DNA of 64,000 bases from SAR202 cluster bacterium AC-647-P02_OGT_505m. Its GTDB lineage: Bacteria; Chloroflexota; Dehalococcoidia; Lucifugimonadales; UBA826. This document shows positions 58,833-64,000 of the stretch, one piece after another. The stretch lies in NCBI GenBank assembly GCA_009391195.1, contig VEXB01000002.1, forward strand, positions 20,214 to 84,213, given 5' to 3'. The position numbers and the translations under genes are program-made. The notes under the pieces were generated by a model. It ran no database searches and had not been told where the DNA came from. It was given only the letters and a program-made list of their open reading frames with translations. The stretch's first letter is position 1; each line of letters begins with the position of its first letter.

Positions 58833-59609
58833 ATGGATCTAGGTATAACCGGCAAAGTTGCACTGATTACTGGGGGGAGCAGAGGGCTTGGGAGACAGAG
58901 TGCTTTGGCACTGGCTAGTGAAGGGGTGAAAGTGGCGATTTGTGGAAGAACAAATTCCTCACTTGACTCCACTGTAAAAGAAATTGAAGAATTTGGGGTA
59001 GATGTTGTTGGAATTCTCGCGGACGTTACTGAGTTAGATGACATACGATCTTTGCATAGCGAAGTGTGTAATTCGCTTGGAGCTGTGGATATACTCGTCA
59101 ATAATGCCGGAGGATCCCTATCACGAGAGGATATTCAAGGTACAAGTCTAGACGATTTCAAAAAGACCTTCGACCTTAATGTGTTTGGAGGGTTTGAGTT
59201 GATGAAACTCGCTATACCCCACATGAAAGAAAACAAGTGGGGGAGAATTATAAACATAGCTTCCATATATGGAAGAGAATATGGCGGTAATATCTCCTAT
59301 ATGTCAGCGAAGGCTGCATTGATAGCGGCCACGAAGCATTCAGCAATTTCGTTGGCAAAGGACGGAATACTGGTCAATTCTATTGCGCCTGGTTCAATAG
59401 AAGTTCCAGGCGGCAGCTGGGAGAGATTTCAAAATGACAATACTCCTGATGTCGTAGAAACGTTTATTAGCAACAATTTGCCGATGGGTAGGTTCGGATG
59501 GCCAGAGCCGTTGGGAGATCTTGTCGCATTCTTGTCTTCAAATAGATCTGGGTTAATAACTGGTTCATGTATCGTGATCGATGGAGGACAGAGTATTTCA
59601 ATGATCTAG
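58833..59609 (+). CDS. SDR family oxidoreductase (FabG-like)
   Basis: 258 aa. TGGSRGLG, NNAG and YMSAK motifs. Confidence 0.88.
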   Translation: MDLGITGKVALITGGSRGLGRQSALALASEGVKVAICGRTNSSLDSTVKEIEEFGVDVVGILADVTELDDIRSLHSEVCNSLGAVDILVNNAGGSLSREDIQGTSLDDFKKTFDLNVFGGFELMKLAIPHMKENKWGRIINIASIYGREYGGNISYMSAKAALIAATKHSAISLAKDGILVNSIAPGSIEVPGGSWERFQNDNTPDVVETFISNNLPMGRFGWPEPLGDLVAFLSSNRSGLITGSCIVIDGGQSISMI

Positions 59610-59679
59610 GCAATAGGCAATTTACGATTGAGTCTTTGAAATTATGGACTCTATGTTCTTGTAAAAATGTAGTAAGGAT

Positions 59680-60681
59680 CTATGACTGAAGTTTTCTCCG
59701 TGGAGATGGATGGTTTAACACATCTCCATTGTAAAGATTATCTGGCATTAGTCCTTGATAAACATTTACTACTTCAGTAGCAGCACGCTGTTCCAATTCT
59801 AAAGTTGATTCTTGAGAAAAAAATGCTGTGTGTGGGGTAATTATTGTGTTGTCTAGTTGCAAAAGCGGATGACTTTTGGCAGGAACATTATCCTCCATTA
59901 CGTCAAGGCCGGCTCCAGCGATATTCCCGTTCTTCAGGGCTTTGTATAACGCATTTTCATCGATCAATGGACCTCTAGCGGCATTAATTAAGAAGGCTTC
60001 TTTTTTCATTAAATTCAACTCCGATTCCCCGATCATGTGGTGAGTTGAGGGAATCAAAGGTGCGTGAAGAGTCACAAAGTCAGATAGTGTTAGAAGTTCT
60101 TGTAAATCTACCAATTGTGCTCCGTGTTCTTTAGCTGTTGTCTCAGATATAACTGGATCATGAGCTAGAACGGTCATTCCAAAGGCTGCGGCTTTTTTTG
60201 CTACCGCTTGACCGATTCTTCCAAACCCTACTATTCCTATTGTTTTTCCCCTTAGTCTCATTATTCGCATCGTCAAGCCTAGGTGTCCCCACCCGTCTCT
60301 TTTCACAGATTGATCAAATATACTTATTTTTCTGTTCCAAGTATTCAACATGGCCATAACGTGATCTGAAACCTCATCAATGCAGTAATCAGGTACATAG
60401 GTAACAGCTATCCCTAGCTCTGTAGCGGTGTCAACAGCGATATTGTCTGTTCCAACGCCGAATCTTCCTATAACTACACATTTTTTTGCCGCTCTGACAA
60501 CATTTTCGGTGACTTGGGCGAAACAGGTCATAATTGCATCAACATCTTTTGATAGTTCTATCAGTGTGCTTTCCTCACCATCTGGTGCTATCAAGACTTC
60601 TGCGCCTGCAGCCTCCAACACTTTCCTTTCTGGATCTGTATTCGGCCACACATGATCTGTTATTAATACCTTCCAACTCAT
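59680..60681 (-). CDS. D-isomer-specific 2-hydroxyacid dehydrogenase (CtBP/phosphoglycerate dehydrogenase-like)
   Basis: 333 aa. GIVGFGRIGQAVA NAD motif, ARG, and a C-terminal TPHTA. Confidence 0.88.
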   Translation of the reverse strand: MSWKVLITDHVWPNTDPERKVLEAAGAEVLIAPDGEESTLIELSKDVDAIMTCFAQVTENVVRAAKKCVVIGRFGVGTDNIAVDTATELGIAVTYVPDYCIDEVSDHVMAMLNTWNRKISIFDQSVKRDGWGHLGLTMRIMRLRGKTIGIVGFGRIGQAVAKKAAAFGMTVLAHDPVISETTAKEHGAQLVDLQELLTLSDFVTLHAPLIPSTHHMIGESELNLMKKEAFLINAARGPLIDENALYKALKNGNIAGAGLDVMEDNVPAKSHPLLQLDNTIITPHTAFFSQESTLELEQRAATEVVNVYQGLMPDNLYNGDVLNHPSPRRKLQS

Positions 60682-60708
60682 ACGATAACCCCTTTTTAGC
60701 TGGCAGCT

Positions 60709-62340
60709 TTAAAATATTTCTCGTGGCATTGGCTTGAACATACAACCTTCAACGAATATATCGAAAAAATCTGGTGTTGTTTCCAATTCTATATGTTCAA
60801 CTTTTCTGACCAGTTGCTCTATCGATATTCTTGAAGAGACAGATTTGAGCATAATGGTTGCTCCCTCGAGAGAAGCATTTCCTACCTTGGATATTTTTTC
60901 CGTGGGGAAGTCCGCTATGAATCCTATCGACTTAGCATTATCGGCATTTATATAGTTTGCAAACCCGCCGGCAAGATATAGAGTTTCCAAATCTTCTATC
61001 GATTTCCCAAAATGTCTCATGGCGATGAACTGACCAGAATAGTTCGCCGATTTAGCCTGGGCTAAAGCACTTATGTCAGATCTATATAGGTACATTTCAT
61101 GGTCAGGGGCAAAGGCGAATTGATTAGAATCATTAGAATATTTTCCAAGTTCATCCATGGCCTCTGTTCTGCGAAGTTCGGAGAGGAGATCGACGAGACC
61201 AGAACCACAAATACCTTCAACGTCTGCATCACCTATGGTAGAAAGATTGACTTTTCCTTCCCGTATTGAAACTGCTTCAACGGCTCCGTCATATCCAGGC
61301 ATTCCGTAGGTGACCTCTCCACCTTCAAAAGCCGGCCCGGCAGGACAGGAAGCGGTTACCATTCCGGAACTGTCACCAATCACAACCTCAGTGTTGGTAC
61401 CTATGTCCACAAGCATTCTTGGGGATTTTGCTGTATCCATCCCAATGGCCAACATGTCCGCTGCCACATCAGTTCCTACATGCGATCCTACTAGTGGTCC
61501 GCTGTATACTTTTGCATCTGGGTGCACTCTCAATCCCATGTTGGAGGCAGAGCATTCCACTGCCGTAGATTCACGTGTTTTATTTTCAAATTCCGTTTGA
61601 ATCAGAGATTTGTAGGGTTTTTGGCCGACAGATTGAACATCTATTCCAAATAATAGATCTCTCATTGTCGTGTTTCCTACTAGCACTACGTCATATATAC
61701 AACGTCGACGGAGCGATTTCCTGTCAGGATTTCGAGTCATTGCTCCAATTTCAAAATTGATGGAGGAGAGCATCACCTGTTTTAACTCTCCCTGAAAGAC
61801 TCCCCCGTCATAAGAAATACGGTTCATGACGTCTCCCCCACCGAATCTTTGGGGATTCTCAAATGAGGAGGTTTGAATTATTTCTCCAGATTCCAGATCT
61901 ACCAGGTTTAAAACGACAGTCGTGGTACCTATGTCTCCAGCTATTCCGAAGATACCGCCTCTATATTTATCGATGACCTGGCCATCCGCAATAACGTTGT
62001 CACTATCCCTGGTTACCCTTGGTTCTAACTTTATTTTTCTCTGTATGCTTTTAGACAGAATACGGGGCTGCCGTCTTAGAGTCGCAAATTCAACTGTTGC
62101 CCGTGAATCCTCTAGGGTCGTTCTACAAGCAAGCCTGTAATTGCCTCTGAGAAATTTTTCCTGATCAGTAATGAGATTTAAAGAGTTCATCCCGTTTCGA
62201 ATCTCAACAATGCATTCGTGGCATTCTCCTGTTCTACCACATGAAGTGGGGACACGTACGTCAAGAGAGTCCGCATAATCAAATAAAGTATTTTTTTCTC
62301 TATATTGGACTTCTCGTCCATCGGCTATTACAGGAGACAT
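60709..62340 (-). CDS. Corrinoid reductive activation protein (RACo/RamA-like: 2Fe-2S ferredoxin domain plus ASKHA ATPase)
   Basis: 543 aa. N-terminal plant-type ferredoxin Cys pattern (CGRTGECHEC...LACRT), followed by actin-like ATPase motifs (GIAGDIGTTT, VDIGTNTE). Confidence 0.8.
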   Translation of the reverse strand: MSPVIADGREVQYREKNTLFDYADSLDVRVPTSCGRTGECHECIVEIRNGMNSLNLITDQEKFLRGNYRLACRTTLEDSRATVEFATLRRQPRILSKSIQRKIKLEPRVTRDSDNVIADGQVIDKYRGGIFGIAGDIGTTTVVLNLVDLESGEIIQTSSFENPQRFGGGDVMNRISYDGGVFQGELKQVMLSSINFEIGAMTRNPDRKSLRRRCIYDVVLVGNTTMRDLLFGIDVQSVGQKPYKSLIQTEFENKTRESTAVECSASNMGLRVHPDAKVYSGPLVGSHVGTDVAADMLAIGMDTAKSPRMLVDIGTNTEVVIGDSSGMVTASCPAGPAFEGGEVTYGMPGYDGAVEAVSIREGKVNLSTIGDADVEGICGSGLVDLLSELRRTEAMDELGKYSNDSNQFAFAPDHEMYLYRSDISALAQAKSANYSGQFIAMRHFGKSIEDLETLYLAGGFANYINADNAKSIGFIADFPTEKISKVGNASLEGATIMLKSVSSRISIEQLVRKVEHIELETTPDFFDIFVEGCMFKPMPREIF

Positions 62341-62474
62341 AACTCAATCCTAACAAATGTAAAGAATATTAAATGGAGAATGGGCATATAGAAAGAGTAA
62401 ATAACCAGTGGCGTCTTTCATAGAGTTATGAGTACGTCGGGATGGATTTCTGGATTGAATGAAATGTACGTAAG

Positions 62475-62753
62475 CTAACTTATTGGAGTCTCAGATTCCC
62501 AGGCGTCACGGTAATCTAAATCATCACTACCAATGCAAATATATAGCTCTCCCGGGGACACCTTTACATCTTGATTTCTACAGCCAAACTTTGCTGTGCA
62601 TCTGTCCTGAGCATTTTTGTAGGGACAACGAGATTTTGAGATTTCATTTACGGATTTAGATATGTCTCTAAATATGCCGTCAAGTCTTTTGAGGCTGGTA
62701 GCATATTTGTCTTTGTCGAATTTTGGCTGGTTATCGCCTACGTTGGCTGGCAC
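62475..62753 (-). CDS. Small Cys-containing hypothetical protein within the corrinoid module
   Basis: 92 aa with four Cys (CPYKNAQDRCTAKFGC...YIC). Lies 18 nt downstream of the corrinoid protein gene. Confidence 0.55.
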   Translation of the reverse strand: MPANVGDNQPKFDKDKYATSLKRLDGIFRDISKSVNEISKSRCPYKNAQDRCTAKFGCRNQDVKVSPGELYICIGSDDLDYRDAWESETPIS

Positions 62754-62771
62754 TTTTCAAGTCCTCTTTGA

Positions 62772-63530
62772 TTAGAAGGCTACACCAGTTTCTTTTCCAA
62801 GTCCCAGAAAAGACTTGGCTAGGTCTACGCATTCTATAGCGTCCTTTCCATACCCGTCCGCTCCCATATCATCTGCAAACTCCTGTGAAAGTGGAGCACC
62901 ACCAACCATTACTTTGACCAGGTCTCTCATTTCAACTTCTTCTATCGCCTCTATGGTTCTCCCCATATTTGGCATTGTGGTAGTGAGAAGAGCTGACATC
63001 CCAAGAACGCTAGCCTCGGTTTCTTCTAATGCTTCGATAAATTCATCAGACGATGTATCAACCCCAAGGTCCACGACCGTAAATCCCGCTCCTCTAAGCA
63101 TCATTATGCATAGGTTTTTACCGATATCGTGCAGGTCACCTTTGACAGTTCCCATTATCACAGTCCCCATCGGTTCTACCCCTGAAGCAGAAAGAATAGG
63201 TTCAACGTGTTCCATTCCAGCTTTCATGGCCCTGGCCGCCACAAGTACTTCGGGCACAAAGATTATGTTGTCTCTAAACTTGACTCCCACTATCGCCATA
63301 CCGGCGATCAAACCATCATCCAGAATAGTGTTCGCACTGAATCCTTCGTCTAAGGCCTTCTTCGTCAAGTCGTATACGTCATTGTTATTTCCGTGAATAA
63401 GGTTTACGGAAATTTCTTGCATCAGTGGGTCAGCGTCATTCCAGAGTGATCTAATATGAGATTCCTCTGATGGGTTGGTCACGTATGTTAATTCTTTTTC
63501 AAGATCCTCATTAACAACTGGCATTTGCAT
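62772..63530 (-). CDS. Cobalamin-binding corrinoid protein (MtaC/MttC/MtgC-like)
   Basis: 252 aa. N-terminal helical cap plus a B12-binding domain with GDLHDIGKN (DxHxxG), MSALLTTT (SxL) and MVGGAP (GG). Confidence 0.9.
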   Translation of the reverse strand: MQMPVVNEDLEKELTYVTNPSEESHIRSLWNDADPLMQEISVNLIHGNNNDVYDLTKKALDEGFSANTILDDGLIAGMAIVGVKFRDNIIFVPEVLVAARAMKAGMEHVEPILSASGVEPMGTVIMGTVKGDLHDIGKNLCIMMLRGAGFTVVDLGVDTSSDEFIEALEETEASVLGMSALLTTTMPNMGRTIEAIEEVEMRDLVKVMVGGAPLSQEFADDMGADGYGKDAIECVDLAKSFLGLGKETGVAF

Positions 63531-63636
63531 TCCTTATGAGATTGGTTTCTTAAACAATCCCTTTATTTAATCTGTTGTTATGCTTTGTAAAACAAGATCC
63601 AACGTCTAATTATACGGCTGGTTGGACAGCGCTGGG

Positions 63637-64000
63637 TTATTGGCTGATTCGCTCTCCAGTCCAATCTTTAACGGCAAGGGGAATTTCCATGAGATTTTGT
63701 ATCTTTGTTGCGAGCGGTATAGCGCACTCTGGGGCAATCATTTGAACACCGGCTTCTAGGCATTTGTATACTTCCTGCCTAACTTCTTCAGGACCCCGGG
63801 CGTACAGTGTCTCTGGATTGTTTATATTACCCACCAATCCAATACCTCCGTTGACAGCATCCATGGCCTCTTGCGGGTCGTTTTTTGAATCGAAATGAAA
63901 TGAAGCCATACCAGTCTGTGCAATATAAGGCATTCTGTCCACAGTTCTACCGCATATGTGTAGGATTAAAGGCACTGGTAGTGCTTCCACCATGTCTGTA
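63637..64000 (-). CDS. Uroporphyrinogen-decarboxylase-family methyltransferase (MtaA/MtbA-like methylcorrinoid transferase), C-terminal part only
   Basis: The frame runs past the window edge. LILHICGRT and MIAPECAIP match the zinc-ligand regions of MT2-type methyltransferases. Confidence 0.75.
   Translation of the reverse strand, partial: TDMVEALPVPLILHICGRTVDRMPYIAQTGMASFHFDSKNDPQEAMDAVNGGIGLVGNINNPETLYARGPEEVRQEVYKCLEAGVQMIAPECAIPLATKIQNLMEIPLAVKDWTGERISQ

Noticed and set aside
62815-63396. 193-aa plus-strand ORF antisense to the corrinoid protein gene. Similar long antisense ORFs occur elsewhere, e.g. 36934..37356, 7782..8171, 4772..5149 and 28002..28301.
   Set aside because: They lie fully inside well-supported genes on the opposite strand. 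They have Ser/Pro/Thr/Ile-rich low-complexity composition and no motifs. They are typical shadow ORFs.
1-64000. I looked for CRISPR arrays, tRNA or rRNA genes, IS elements, integrases, prophage genes and long direct or inverted repeats.
   Set aside because: I found none by eye. Intergenic space is small, and the T-loop-like strings I saw (e.g. near 13331 and 25191) lie inside coding regions. A tRNAscan, Infernal or repeat-finder run would be needed to exclude small RNAs rigorously.

Overview
This is a densely coding bacterial chromosomal segment of moderate to low GC. I saw no rRNA, tRNA, CRISPR array, transposase or integrase by eye. TTG/GTG starts are frequent, many neighbouring genes overlap by 4-8 nt, and oxidoreductase, CoA-transferase, enolase and SDR paralogs are abundant. 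That style resembles marine Chloroflexota (SAR202-like), but this is inference only.

Main blocks:
- CoA-transferase A/B (1-1299).
- An 11-kb minus-strand string, pyrR-pyrB-pyrC-carA-GDPD-carB-osmC-sbcC (1296-12534), with a PyrR-type leader RNA upstream.
- Nudix, GNAT and MBL genes, then a 590-aa internally repeated membrane protein with a small partner.
- rph, then aroK-aroB-tauE-tgt.
- A ThrC-like / NIL / CysO-like sulfur-carrier cluster (21777-23588).
- An M16 peptidase, a 3-hydroxyisobutyrate dehydrogenase-like gene, and a fused FAD/Fe-S oxidase.
- An N-terminally extended GreA-like gene, an acyl-CoA ligase, an enolase-superfamily gene and a hydrolase.
- A Mo-hydroxylase operon in M-S-L order ending in a second MoaD-like gene and a clean terminator (34285-38231).
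- uvrA, an aminotransferase, a Lon-N protein, xdhC-mocA, an ABC-F ATPase and htpX with unknown neighbours.
- holB, HNH and cvpA.
- Tandem SDRs, a histidine phosphatase, a double M16 peptidase, a MaoC hotdog pair, a PHP protein, another SDR and a 2-hydroxyacid dehydrogenase.
- A corrinoid methyltransferase module (60709-64000, cut by the window edge).

The most interesting observation is an OsmC-family gene (3907-4416) interrupted by a single in-frame TGA. The TGA falls exactly at the position of the family's peroxidatic cysteine. A perfect hairpin follows at bacterial SECIS spacing, so this is a candidate selenoprotein. I did not recognise a complete, clearly novel multi-gene system, and the other findings are graded accordingly.
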